64,000 bases of DNA from Octopus sinensis (taxonomy: Eukaryota), in NCBI RefSeq assembly GCF_006345805.1, contig NC_043025.1, positions 11,036,001-11,100,000 of the forward strand. The letters run 5' to 3'. The notes below the pieces were generated by a model. The model saw only the letters and a list, made by a program, of their open reading frames with translations. It was not told where the DNA came from and made no database searches. Both the position numbers and the translations under genes were made by a program. Below, piece by piece: positions 35,282 through 48,540 of the stretch; within the stretch, counting starts at the first letter, position 1, and each line of letters opens with the position of its first letter.

Positions 35282-36841
35282 GGATCTTTTCGGTTTGAAT
35301 GGCAGTTTTTTCTAGCAGTGTCATATGAAATTGTCACCCATAATTATGACCCTAGAATCGATCTATTGCATTTCAATCTGTTTTAGGGTTAGGGTTAGGG
35401 AGGAAGGGTATCTTTTTTTTCTTCACAAATGTAAATAGACCCAATCTGTTTCTTAAACGAAGGACATATTCGTACGGCACAGAATGGGTTTTTTTTTTTT
35501 TTTTACCTCAATAGACGCCATTGATTGGTTGAAATTGCAGAAATTGCAGAAAAAACCACAACAAATATCTTACAAACTATAGAATTTTCTCAATAAAGCC
35601 AAGAGAAAAAGATGTTTTATTTTGTCACATTCTACCAGAATACGAAGCCATGAAGTCGTCGTCGAGAAGATCGGTGGTCTCCTTGGCAACGCTCACGACG
35701 TTGATTTCCCTACCCTCCCCTTCCCCCACAGCTTCACGAGGGAGGGAGGGAAAGAAGGGGGAGGAAGCAAACACAGATGCAGGTGTGAGCGTGGACGCCG
35801 ACGACACACGGAAAATTGATGGTGGTGGTGGCGGCGGTGGTCGTGATGGTGATGATGGTGGTGGTGGTGGTGGAGGTGATGGTGGCGGCGGCGGTGGTCG
35901 TGATGATGGTGGTGGAGGTGGTGGTGATGGTGGCGGTGGTGGTGATGGTGGTGGCGGCGGCGGTGGTCGTGGTGGTGATCGTGATGATGGTGATGGTGGT
36001 AGTGGTGTGGTGGTGGTGGTGGCGATGATGGTGGTGGTCGTGGCAGGGTTGTCCGTAGAAGTCGTTTGACTGTGAAGCTGTCGTCTGGTTCCTTCCAAAT
36101 TCTTTCCGTGTGTCGGCGGCGTCCATCTCACACGTGCACCTGTGTTGCTCCTCCCCTTCTTTCCCTCCCTCGTGAAGCTGTGGGGAAGGGGAGGGTAAGG
36201 AAATCAACGTCGTAAGCGTTGCCAAGGAGACCACCGTTCTTCTCGACGACGACTTCATGGCTTTGAAGTCGCCATTGCTCAAAGCAGAAAATGGCTGGGA
36301 AAGCCGAAGACGAATTTACAAAATGGGGAAACACGCCACACAAAGGCAGGTTTCCCGTGCAAATAATTTGCACAACCGAATGTATTTATTAGTTGTTGCA
36401 CAATAGACGTCATTGATTGGTTGAAATTGCAGAAATTGAAGAAAAAAACCAACAAATATCTTACAAACCATAGAATTTTCTCAATAAAGCCAAGAGAAAA
36501 AGATGTTTTATAAACACATTCTACCAGTATACGAAGTTTAAAAGTGTTTAGTTAAGTGGAAATTATGTTAAAAACTGCCGTTCAAACCGAAAAGATCCCT
36601 GTTTCTTAAACGAGGGACATATTCATACGGCACAGAATGTTTTTTACCTTAATATACGTCATTAATTGGTTGAAATTGCAGAAAAAACCACAACAAATAT
36701 CTTACAAACTATAGAATTTTCTCAATAAAGCCAAGAGAAAAAAAATGTTTTATAAACACATTCTACCAGTATACGAAGTTTAAAAGTGTTTAGTTAAGTG
36801 GAAATTATTTTAAAAAACTGCCGGTCAAACCGAAAAGATCC
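35282..36841. mobile_element. GGATC-TIR MITE (35282-36598) with an internal fold-back insertion and one extra 3'-half copy
   Basis: TIRs at 35282 and 36598; repeat of the right half ending at 36841. Confidence 0.7.
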
Positions 36842-37046
36842 TTGCACCGGAATATGGCCCTCATTCAAATATCACACGGCACAAGGATTTCAAGAACTTG
36901 AATGCCAAATATTTAGCAATTCCTAACAAGGGAGATAAAATATTTTAAGTTATTTCCCTTACAAAAGTAAATATTTTTTGACGAATTCATCCTTATTCTT
37001 TCTTTACGCTATGAAAGTTTAAGGACAATTTCGCCGGAACAAATTA

Positions 37047-38230
37047 TTAAAATATATAATAGAGAAACAATTCTTAAACCTTTTGATACCAACCTGGTTG
37101 AAACCATCTCTGGCTCTGAGTACAAATGTCTTGTTTTCATAAGTTCTGAATTAAAGTCTTCCACCAAACCTTAGTCACAATTTATGTTCCTAACACTAGC
37201 TGAATGATAACAAAGTTATTTTACTAAATTCTTTGTTATATTTAAATTAATTGAAAGAAACACAGAGCATCTCAACAGAAATGGGGTAACAGAAGGGTTA
37301 AAATATATAATAGAGAATCAATTCTTAACCCTTTTGATACCAACCTGGCTCTGGCTCTGAGTACAAAGCTCTTGTTTCCATAAGTTCTGAATTAAAATCT
37401 TCCCCTAAACCTTAGTCACAATTTATGTTCCTAACACTAGCTGAATGATAACTAAGTTATTTTACTAAATTCTTTGTTATATTTAAAATTAATTGAAAGA
37501 AACCCAGAGCATCTCAACAGAAATATGGTAACAGAAGGGTTAAAATATATAATAGAGAATCAATTCTTAACCCTTTTGATACCAACCTGGCTGAAACCAC
37601 TTCTGGCTCTGTAGTACAAATGTCTTGTTTTCAAAAGATTTGCATTAAAATCTTCCACCAAACCTTAGTCACAATTTATGTTCCTAACACTAGCTGAATG
37701 ATAACTAAGTTATTTTACTAAATTCTTTGTTATATTTAAAATTAATTGAAAGAAACACAGAGCATCTCAACAGAAATATGGTAAAAGGGTTAAAATATAT
37801 AATAGAGAATCAATTCTTAACCCTTTTGATACCAACCTGGCTGAAACTGGCTCTGGCTCTGAGTACAAATGTCTTTTTTCATAAGTTCTGAATTAAAATC
37901 TTCCCCTAAATCTTAGCCACAATTTATGTTCCTAACACTAGCTTAAAATGATAACTAAGTTATTTTACTAAATTCTTTGTTATATTTAAATTAATTGAAA
38001 GAAACACAGAGCATCTCAACAGAAATATGGTAAAAGGGTTAAAATATATAATAGAGAATCAATCCTTAACCCTTTTGATACCAACCTGGCTGAGACTGGC
38101 TCTGGCTCTGAGTACAAATGTCTTGTTTTCATAAGTTCTGAATTAAAATCTTCCCCTAAATCTTAGCCACAATTTATGTTCCTAACACTAGCTTAAAATG
38201 ATAACTAAGTTATTTTACCAAATTCTTTGT
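37047..38230. repeat. Tandem array (5 units, ~247 bp) of a piggyBac-type MITE plus spacer
   Basis: Units bounded by TTAACCCTTTTGATACC...GGTAACAGAAGGGTTAA; TTAA starts at 37074, 37325, 37567, 37817, 38066. Confidence 0.8.
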
Positions 38231-38979
38231 TGTGGTATCTGTAACGACTGCGATTTTGGTTGGCTTCATGGGTCTTCTCAAGCAGAACATAACGCCTAAG
38301 GTCTCGGTCATCCGTTGTCTATGCTGGCATGGGTTGGACGGTTTGACCAGGGCTGGTAAGCTGGAAGCCTTACCAATCGTGGCCGTTTTGCCAGCCTCAT
38401 CTGGCACCTGTGCCAGTGGTACGTAAAAAGCACCCACTACACTCGCGGAGTGATTGGCGTTAGGAAGGGCATCCAGCTGTAGAAACACTGCCACATTAAA
38501 CTGGAGCCTGTGCCGGTGGCACATAAATAGCACCATCCGAACGTGGCTAATGCCAGCGCCGCCTTGACTGGGTTCTGTGCCAGTGGCATGTAAAAAGCAC
38601 CATCCGAACGTGGCTGATGCCAGCACCACCTTGACTGGCTTCCGTGCTGGTGGCATGTAAAAAGCACCATCCGAACGTGGCCGATGCCAGCGCCATCTTG
38701 ACTGGCTTCTGTGCCGCTGACACGTAAAAAGCACCCACTACACTCACGGAGTGGTTGGCATTAAGGAGAGCATCCAGCTGTAGAAACACTGCCACATTAA
38801 ACTGGAGCCTGGTGCAGCCTCCTGGCTTCCCAAATCCCCGGTCGAACCTCCAACCCATGTTAGCATGGAGAACAGACGTTAAACGATGATGATAATGATA
38901 TTTTTAAATTCCCTCACTTAACACCTGTTTCATATAATTAACTATCAGCTACTCATTTGAAACATTTGTTTATAAAATA

Positions 38980-39492
38980 CTAGCAGTATCGCCCGGCGTT
39001 GCTCGGGTTTGTAAGGGAAATAACTATATAAGCATTTTTAGAGAGTTACTTCCCTTATAGATGCCAATTCGGGCTTTCTTAGCCATTTCTGTTTTGGTGT
39101 CTTCAAGCCATGAAGTCGTTGTTCTAAAAGAACGCTGGTCTCCTTGACAATGCATTACGACGTTGATTTCCTTACACTCCCTTCCCCACAGCTTCACGAG
39201 GGAGGGAAGAAGGGGGAGAAGCAAACAGGTGCAGGTGTGACCATGGACGCCAACTCCGCCGCTATCGACACACGAAAAATTATGCATTAAAATGGAATAA
39301 AAAACGATGTTAAATTATTTTTTAAATCGTAGACTCATCGTAGACGTGTGCTAATACCCAGAAGGGCTCGATATGAATCACGACTATAAGATACCCGGTT
39401 TTGGTTAAACTGCACCGCAAAATGTGGGAGGAGTTAGGAATCTAAATCGTAGGAGACAAACACACACACAACTACAGTTTTATATATATAGA
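38980..39492 (-). mobile_element. Non-autonomous Helitron with an extra ~210-bp internal module
   Basis: Canonical A|TC...hairpin-CTAG|T on the minus strand; 39060-39270 is absent from sister copies. Confidence 0.82.
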
Positions 39493-39895
39493 TGACAACA
39501 TCAAAATAAATATCAAATGGAAATTGTAGTGGTGATACCTGTGCTGGTGGCACATAAAAAGCACCATCCGAATGTGGCCGATGCCAGCTCCACCTTGACT
39601 GGCTTCTGTGCCGGTGGCACACAAAAGGCTGATCGTGGCCGCTGCCAGCCTCCCCTGGCACGTAAAAAGCACCCACCACACTCACGGAGTGGTTGGCGTT
39701 AGGAAGGGCATCCAGCTGTAGAAACACTGCCAGATCAGACTGGAGCCTGGTGCAGCCTCCTGGCTTCCCAGACCCCGGTCGAACCGTCCAACCCATGCTA
39801 GCACGGAAAACGGACATTAAACAATGATGATGATGATAATGATGAAGACATTATTAATTGTAATTTTATTAATTTTTTTTTTTTTTGTTCACCAG

Positions 39896-39965
39896 AAGAC
39901 CATGCGGAGAGAACTGCTGAGAATTCAAACACAGGTGAAACAGAGACCCCTGGGACCACTGCCAG
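39896..39965 (+). CDS. NFATC2IP: NFATC2IP-like coding exon 3 (EDHAERTAENSNTGETETPGTTAS)
   Basis: 70 nt, strong poly-T acceptor, AG|gtgaga donor, phase 1 in and phase 2 out fits both neighbours with an open frame. Confidence 0.72.
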
Positions 39966-41173
39966 GTGAGAATTTGCTGTAAATTTGGTTAGGGCTACAT
40001 TTAATGCCCATTTCTGCTAGTGTGTGATGTTAAGCAGTTCATTCCTTCATTTTTGGGTTCAGTTTCTGTGGTTCAGGTTTCGGGTTCAGTCCCATTGCAG
40101 GGCAGCTATAACCTCAGACTGATCAAAGCCTGTAGAGAGAAACTGAAAGAAGCCCGTCTGTGTGTATGCGTCAGTGTCTGTATTTGCCCCCCCCCATCAC
40201 CACTTGACAGCCGGTGTCGGTGTGTTTATGTCCCCTTAAAAAATTCTTTTATATGGTGGGATGAAGGGGCCCACTATCTCTAAATGAATACTCTTTACTC
40301 TTTACTTGTTTCAGTCATTTGACTGCGGCCATGCTGGAGCACCGCCTTTAATCGAGCAACTCGACCCCGGGACTTATTCTTTGTAAGCCCAGTACTTATT
40401 CTATCGGTTGTCAAGCAATGCTAGGGGGACAAACACACACATATATATACATATACATATATACGATGGGCTTCTTTCAGTTTCCGTCTACCAAATCCAC
40501 TCACAAGGCTTTGGTTGGCCCGAGACTATAGTAGAAGACACTTGCCCAAGGTGCTACGCTGTGGGACTGAACCCAGAACCATGTGGTTGGTAAACAAGCT
40601 ACTTACCACACAGCCACTCCGTTGTATACTGTCAACATAAGGGAATTACACCACCGCTGTTTAGCCTTTGTATGCTATACATATTCTCTCTCTTTTACTT
40701 GTTTCAGTCATTTGACTGCGGCCATGCTGGAGCACTGCCTTTAGTCGAGCAAATCGACCCGGGGACTTATTCTTTGTAAGCCCAGTACTTATTCTATCGG
40801 TCGCTTTTGCCAAAGCGCTAGGTGACGGGGACGTAAACACACCAGCATCGGTTGTCAAGCAATGCTAGGGGGACAAACACAGCCACACATATATATATAT
40901 ATGTACATATATACGACAGGCTTCTTTCAGTTTCCGTCTACCAAATCCACTCACAAGGCTTTGGTCGGCCCGAGGCTATAGCAGAAGACACTTGCCCAAG
41001 ATGCCACGCAGTGGGACTGAACCCGGAACCATGTGGTTGGTTAGCAAGCTACTTACCACACAGCCACTCCTGGGCCTGTGTCTTTTTTTTTTCTATCATT
41101 TCATTATATGTAGACCGCCTCACTTTATGTCTGTCTTCATCTTGTCCCCTCGTCCTTTGCCCTTATAGCAAGT

Positions 41174-42074
41174 AGATCTTTTCGGTTTGAATGGCAGTTT
41201 TTTCTTGCGGTGTCATATGAAATTGTCACCCATAATTATGACCCTAGTATCGATCTATTGCCTTTCAATCTGTTTTAGGGTTATGGTAAGGGTGGGGGGA
41301 GGGTATCTTTTTTTTCTTCACAAATGTAAATAAACCCAATCTGTTTCTTAAATGAGGGACACATTCATACGGCACAGAATGTTTTTTTTTACCTCAATAG
41401 ACATCATTGATTGGTTGAAATTGCAGAAATTGAAGGAAAAAAAACAACAAATATCTTACAAACTATAGAATTTTCTCAATAAAGCCAAGAGAAAAAGATG
41501 TTTTATAAACACATTCTACCAGTATACGAAGTTTAAAAGTGTTTAGTTACGTGGAAATTATTTTTAAAAATTGCCGATCAATCCGAAAAGATCCAAACGA
41601 GGGACATATCCATACGGCACAGAATGTTTTTTACCTCAATAGACGTCATTGATTGGTTGAAATTGCAGAAATTGAAGGAAAAAAAGAACAACAAATATCT
41701 TACAAACTATAGAATTTTCTCAATAAAGCCAAGAGAAAAAGATGTTTTATAAACACATTCTACCAGTATACGAAGTTTAAAAGTGTTTAGTTACGTGGAA
41801 ATTATTTTAAAAAATTGCTGATCAAACCGAAAAGATCCAAACGAGGGACATATTCACACGGCACGGAATGTTTTTTTTTTACCTCAATAGATGTCATTGA
41901 TTGGTAGAAATTGAAGAAAAAATACAACAAATATCTTACAAACTATAGAATTTTCTCAATAAAGCCAAGAGAAAAAGATGTTTTATAAACACATTCTACC
42001 AGTATACAAAGTTGAAAAATTTTTTAGTTACCTAGTAATTATGTTAAAAGCTGCCGTTCAAACCAGAAAGATCC
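41174..42074. mobile_element. GGATC-TIR MITE with two extra tandem 3' halves
   Basis: Right TIR recurs ending at 41594, 41838 and 42074 (~240-bp period). Confidence 0.75.
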
Positions 42075-42138
42075 TTATTTTAATTTTCTTATTATTATTA
42101 TCACCATGTTCAACAATCTTTTCTTTCCAATTGTCCAG

Positions 42139-42273
42139 CCATGAGGAAAATAATTTCCAATCGTCGCCGTCACCTCCAACACCACCACCTCCTCTCCGCA
42201 TCAGAAACACACGGAGATTATCATCCAGAACAGAAATAAGTCGCAAAATAACCACAATCAAATCGAATATCAG
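42139..42273 (+). CDS. NFATC2IP: NFATC2IP-like coding exon 4 (HEENNFQSSPSPPTPPPP...KSNIR)
   Basis: Acceptor ttgtccag, AG|gtgagg donor, phase 2/2; SPSPP proline-rich motif typical of the family. Confidence 0.8.
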
Positions 42274-42349
42274 GTGAGGTATTGAGTTGTTTTGAGTGAC
42301 TATAACCCTCTCCCTGATGTTTGCTTTCCCACGACCTGAATCATACATA

Positions 42350-42821
42350 TCTATTTATATAAAACTGTAGTTGTGTGAGTGTCTGTCCCCTTCGATTTAG
42401 ATTCCTAACTACTCCCACATTTTGCGGTGCAGTTTAACCAAATTCGGGTATCTTATAGTCATGATTCATATCGAGCCCTTCTGGGTATTAGCGCGCGTCT
42501 ACGATGAGTCTACGATTTTAAAAATAATTTACCATCATTTTTTTCCATTTTAACGCCTATTTTTTTTAATATAAGGGAAGTAACTCTCTAAAAATGTCTA
42601 CGATGAGGCAACGATTTTAAAAAGATTTACCATCGTTTTTTTCGCTATTATATAAGGGAAGTAACTCTCTAAAAATGTCTACAATGATTTTTAAAAAAAT
42701 TTACCATCATTTTTTTTCCATTTTTAATGCATTTTTTTGCTATTTTTGGGCTATAACTCTCTAAAAATGCTTTATAGTTATTTCCCTTACAAACCCGAGC
42801 AACGCCGGGCGATACTGCTAG
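42350..42821 (+). mobile_element. Non-autonomous Helitron (canonical termini)
   Basis: A|TC start, 3' hairpin cccgagcaacgccggg, CTAG|T end, no TSD. Confidence 0.85.
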
Positions 42822-45536
42822 TATATATATACACACACACACACAGAGATTATGTACACCCTATACATATATATACACACATGTATATATGTAGCTATAC
42901 ATACATTACACACACACACACCTATTTATATATGCATACATTACATAAAGGCGGTGCTCCAGCATGGCCACAGTCAACTGACTGATATATTCAAGTGTAG
43001 AATAGAGGAAGATGGTGATGTAGATGGGAGTTGTTGGAAGCACTCCGTCGGTTACGACGACGAGGGTTCCGGTTGATCCGAATCAACGGAACAGCCTGCT
43101 CGTGAAATTAACGTGTAAGTGGCTGAGCACTCCACAGACACGTGCACCCTTAACGTAGTTCTCGGGGATATTCAGCGTGACACAGAGAGTGACAAGGCCG
43201 GCCCCTTTGAAATAGAGGCACAACAGAAACAGGAAGTAAGAGTGAGAGAAAATTGCGGTGAAAGAGTACAGCAGGGATCACCACCATCCCCTGCCGGAGC
43301 CTCGTGGAGCTTTAGGTGTTTTCGCTCAATAAACACTCACGACGCCCGGTCTGGGAATCGAAACCGCGATCCTACGACCGCGAGTCCGCTGCCCTAACCA
43401 CTGGGCCATTGCGATAGGAGTACAGTGAAAGTCGATGGGGGTTTACTCTGACTGACCCCAAGGGGCTTTGGGCCACTTTGCGGACCTTTACAAACAAGAT
43501 TATGAAAGATCAGGAGACCCTTTTGTCCAGTACATGTTCTTAGGGTAGGTGAGTGTATATGTCTTTATCCTTTACTGGTTTCAGTCAATGAACCGAATTG
43601 AACCAGCCAGGATCCCTGGTCTGGTGGTACGTAAAAAGCACTATCCGACTCGTGGCCGTGGCACGTAAAATACTCCAATGCGACCGTACGACAGGCACCC
43701 ATGCCAACCCCCTTTGCTTGTGAAGACATTTGGGGCAAGCGAAATCAAAATCGAATTGAACCAGCCAGGATCCTGGTCTGGTGGTACGTAAAAAGCACTA
43801 TCCGACTCGTGGCCGTGGCACGTAAAATACTCCAATGCGACCGTACGACAGGCACCCATGCCAACCCCCTTTGCTTGTGAAGACATGTTGGGGCAAGCGA
43901 AATCAAAATCGAATTGAACCAGCCAGGATCCCTGGTCTGGTGGTACGTAAAAAGCACTATCCGACTCGTGGCCGATGCCAACACCGCCTCGACTGGCTTC
44001 CGTGCCAGTGGCACATAAAATACACCGATCCGACTCTGGCCGTTGCCAGCCTCGCCTGGCACCTGTGCAGGTGGCACGTAAAAAGCACCCACTACACTCA
44101 CGGAGTGGTTGGCATTAGGAAGGGCATCCAGCTGTAGAAACATTGCCAGATTAGACTGGAGCCTGGTGCAGCCTTCTGGCTTCCCAGAACCCCGGTTGAA
44201 CCGTCCAACCCATGCTGGCATGGAGAACGGACGTTAAACGATGATGATGATGATGATGATGACTGCGGCCATGCTGGGGCACCGCCTTGATAGATTGCTA
44301 CAGACTTGTGTCAGATCCGAGTGTAGTTATAGGCCGACCAGAGACTTGTGAACAGGTTTGGTAGATGGAAACCATGTGTGTATGCAAGCTCATGAAGTTT
44401 TAACTACATAACACTTGTTCCTTTGTTATTCTTTTCATTTTATATATATATATATATATGTGTGTGTGTATATATATGTGTTTGTGTGTATGTATATATG
44501 TGTGTGTATGTATGTGTTTGTATATGTGTGTATAATATGTATATATGTGTGTGTGTGTGCATGCGTATATGTGTGTGTGTATGTATATGTATATATGTGT
44601 GTATGTATATATGTGTTTGTATATGTATATATGTGTGTTTGTATATGTGTGTGTGTATATATGTGTTTGTATATGTATATATGTGTGTTTGTATATGTAT
44701 ATATGTGTGTATGTATATATGTGTTTGTATATGTATATATGTGTGTTTGTATATGTGTGTGTGTATGTATATATATGTGTGTGTGTGTATGTGTGTGTAT
44801 ATATATATATATATATATAGATCAATAAATGGTGGGGGTTGTGTTGACCGCACATGGAGAAATGGTAGGCAAGGAAAAATTGTAAAAAGGCAGAATGCTA
44901 AATTGAAAGAAAATTATAATGAAAATGGATGTATGGAATAGTTTTTGAAAAATTGATAAAATATATACTCTTTGACTCTTTGACTTACCACACAGCCACT
45001 CCTGCGCCTATATATATATTAATTCATACTGGTTTTAGTCGTGATGTGTCTTTTCAAGAATTGTAAAGAAAAAAAATTTTTTCTTAAGTGAGGAGGGGGG
45101 AAAAAAGAAAAAATTTTTTTTTCCTTTACAATTCTTGGAAGGTCACATTGTGACTAAAACCAGTATGAATTAATATATATATAGGCGCAGGAGTGGCTGT
45201 GTGGTAAGTCAAAGAGTCAAAGAGTATATATTTTATCAAGTGGAGGCGCAATGGCCCAGTGGTTAGGGCAGCGGACTCGCGGTCGTAGGATCGCGGTTTC
45301 GATTCCCAGACCGGGCATTGTGAGTGTTTATTGAGCGAAAACACCTAAAGCTCCACGAGGCTCCGGCAGGGGATGGTGGTGATCCCTGCTGTACTCTTTC
45401 ACCACAACTTTCTCTCACTCTTCCTTCTTGTTTCTGTTGTACCTGTATTTCAAAGGGCCAGCCTTGTCACTCTCTGTGTCACGCTGAATATCCCCGAGAA
45501 CTACGTTAAGGGTACACAGACCTGTATTCGCCTTGG

Positions 45537-45915
45537 AGAGGCGCAATGGCCCAGTGGTTAGGGCAGCGGACTCGCAGTCATAGGATCACGGTTTCGATTC
45601 CCAGACCGGGCATTGTGAGTGTTTATTGAGCGAAAACACCTAAAGCTCCACGAGGCTCCGGGAGGTATGGTGGTGATCCCTGCTGTACTCTTTCACCGCA
45701 ATTTTCTCTCACTTTTCCTTCCTGTTTCTGTTGTACCTGTATTTCAAGGGACTGGCCTTGTCACTCTCTGTGTCACGCTGAATATCCCCGAGAACTACGT
45801 TATGGGTGCACGTGTCTGTGGAGTGCTCAGCCACTTACACGTTAATTTCACGAGCAGGCTGTTCCGTTGATTCGGATCAACCGGAACTCTCATCGTCGTA
45901 ACCGACAGAGTGCTT
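45537..45915 (+). mobile_element. tRNA-derived SINE family A (copies also at 1-250 +, 33807-34112 +, 45243-45510 +, ~43050-43413 -)
   Basis: Head ggaggcgcaatggcccagtggttagg...ggtttcgattccc with Pol III A and B boxes, then a non-tRNA body. Confidence 0.8.
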
Positions 45916-46871
45916 CCTCCTATGTTTTATCAATTTTTAAAAAACTTTTCCATACACCCTTTTTCATTATAATTTACTTTCAATTTAGCATTCTGCATTT
46001 TTACAATTTTTCCTTGCTTATATATATATATATGTATATATATGTATGTATATATATAGGCGCAAGTGTGGCTGTGTGGTATGTAGCTTGTTTACCAACC
46101 ATATGGTTCTGAGTTCGCTCCCACTGTGTGGCACCTTGGGCAAGTGTCTTCTACTATTGCCTTAAGCCGACCAAACCCTGGCGAGTGGATTTGGTAGACG
46201 GAAACTGAAAGAAGCCTGTCATATATGTATGTTTGTGTGTCTGTGTCTGTCCCCCCCAACATTGCTTGACAACCGATGCTGGTGTGTTTACGTCCCCCGT
46301 CACTTAGCGGTTTGGCAAAAGAGACCGATAGAATAAGTACTAGGCTTACAGAGAATGAGTTCCGGGATTGATTTGTTTGACTAAAAGGCAGTGCTCCAGC
46401 ATGGCCGCAGACAAATGACTGAAACAAGTAAAAGAAATAAAAGAATAGATACTCTTAACTCTTTTATTTGTTTCAGTCATTTGACTGCGGCCATGCTGGA
46501 GCACTGCCTTTTAGTCGAGCAAATCGACTCCAGGACTTATTCTTTGTAAGCTCAGTACTTATTCTATCAGTCTCTTTTGCTGAACCGCTAAGTTACGGGG
46601 ACATAAACACGCCAGCATCGGTTGTCAAGCAATGTTGGGGGGACAAACACAGACACATAAACATACACACACACACATACATATATGACAGGCTTCTTTC
46701 AGTTTCCGTCTACCAAATCCACTCGCCAGGGTTTGGTCGACTTAAGGCAATAGTAGAAGACACTTGCCTATTAAACAACTATAACTTTTTTATAGTTCTG
46801 AATTATATGGTTTAATTGATGTTTCTTAGTGTAATTTGAAGCATGAAATAGGTCAACCATTATGATATTTA

Positions 46872-47948
46872 CCTTTTCGTTACGAAACCGCCGAAAAGAA
46901 ATTTTTGTTAACGTGATCAAACCGCCCAAAGCCGCCCGTATTTACCTATTCATATTTAAATGAGAATATCAGGGCAAATCTCTTTAGTATATTCGTGAAA
47001 ATATGCATTATACTTCGTAAAGAGTTCAACTACAGTTTTGTACAAAAATCGAAGTGTAATTTTAATTCCGTGAATTTTGGGAGATTTTTTTCCAAAATTT
47101 GTTCCTATCGTGTTTTCAAAATTTGTAATTCTGACAAAAAATGGATACGAATTTCATTATATCAAGCAGCGAGTCAGAATTCGAAGGATTTTCTACTGAA
47201 GACCTTCATAAATCTAACTCTATGACTGAAAAAAAAAAAGCATGTGGTATTTGATAATGAATCTGATGTTTCATTTTCCGAAAGTGAAAACAGTGAATCC
47301 GAGAGCTCTGACAGCGATAAAGAAAATGAATTGGCACCTGAATGGAGTGAAAATTTAAAAACTGTTTCTTTCGGTGATTTTTCTGAAGAAACTGGACCAA
47401 GCCATAGACTTTCCCAGAAGAGTAAAGCCTTAGACTATTTCTTTTTACTTTTGCAAATGAGCCTATTTGAAATCATTACGGCGGAAACGAACCGTTACGC
47501 TAAATGTAAGCAAAGCGAAAGAAAGGACAGTTAGTGGTTTCTCACAACCTTAAATGACATTAAGAAGATTTTGCCATAAATATTATTATGGGTATCAGAA
47601 AGTTACCCAGAATAACAAATTCTATCATAAAATTTTGTTGTATACCCAATTGAATATTAGCTAATAACCCATTTTCTATAGCGATGTTTGAACAAAATTT
47701 TTATAATTTTATATTTTGTTGAATTTACCAGTATCTACCCGCAATTAGAGTCACTTTGTGACAAAAATTATAATATAGAATTGGTTGAGAACATTTCATT
47801 AAATTATCTTCCAAAATTCACGATAATATATTGATAAATAAAATAGTTATAGTTGTTTAATGAAACCAAACTAAATTTATGATTACGTTAGAAATTAATA
47901 GAAACGCATTAGGGGTGTATTTTGGTCAGAAATATAGTAACGAAAGGG
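46872..47948 (+). mobile_element. Internally deleted piggyBac element with transposase relic
   Basis: TIRs ccttttcgttac / gtaacgaaaggg (11 of 12 match), TTTA left and TTAA right; 47244-47610 translates to GPSH...ALDYFFLL...IITAETNRYA...*WFLTTLNDIKK then, frameshifted, FAINIIMGIRKLP, typical of a piggyBac N-terminus. Confidence 0.8.
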
Positions 47949-47952
47949 TTAA

Positions 47953-48490
47953 TGATAACAAAGTTATTTTACTAAATTCTTTGTTATATTTAAAATTAAT
48001 TGAAAGAAACACAGAGCATCTCAACAGAAATATGGTAACAGAAGGGTTAAAATATATGTAATAGAGAATCAATTCTTAAGCCTTTTGATACCAACCTGGC
48101 TCTGAGTACAAATGTCTTGTTTTCATAAGTTCTGAATTATAATCTTCCACCAAACCTTAGTCACCAATTTATGTTCCTGACACTAGCTGAATGATAACTA
48201 AGTTATTTTACTAAATTCTTTGTTATATTTAAAATTAATTGAAAGAAACACAGAGCATCTCAACAGAAATATGGTAACAGAAGGGTTAAAATATATGTAA
48301 TAGAGAATCAATTCTTAAGCCTTTTGATACCAACCTGGCTCTGAGTACAAATGTCTTGTTTTCATAAGTTCTGAATTATAATCTTCCACCAAACCTTAGT
48401 CACAATTTATGTTCCTAACACTAGCTTAATGATAACTAAGTTATTTTACTAAATTCTTTGTTATATTTAAAATTAATTGAAAGAAACACT
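47953..48490. repeat. Second array (~2.5 units) of the same piggyBac-MITE repeat
   Basis: Same unit and same aatagagaatcaattc spacer. Confidence 0.75.
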
Positions 48491-48540
48491 TCTCCCTTCT
48501 TTTCATCTTATCTTTGATTCCATTCCATCGTCTCTGCCAG

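Noticed and set aside
35650-36282. Paired ORFs starting MKSSSRR on opposite strands
   Set aside because: Consequence of the inverted repeat and a GGT microsatellite
45243-45620. tRNA genes at SINE heads
   Set aside because: A and B boxes are present but there is no proper acceptor stem, and each head runs into a shared SINE body
47244-47534. Functional or domesticated piggyBac gene
   Set aside because: In-frame stop, frameshift and no catalytic DDD core
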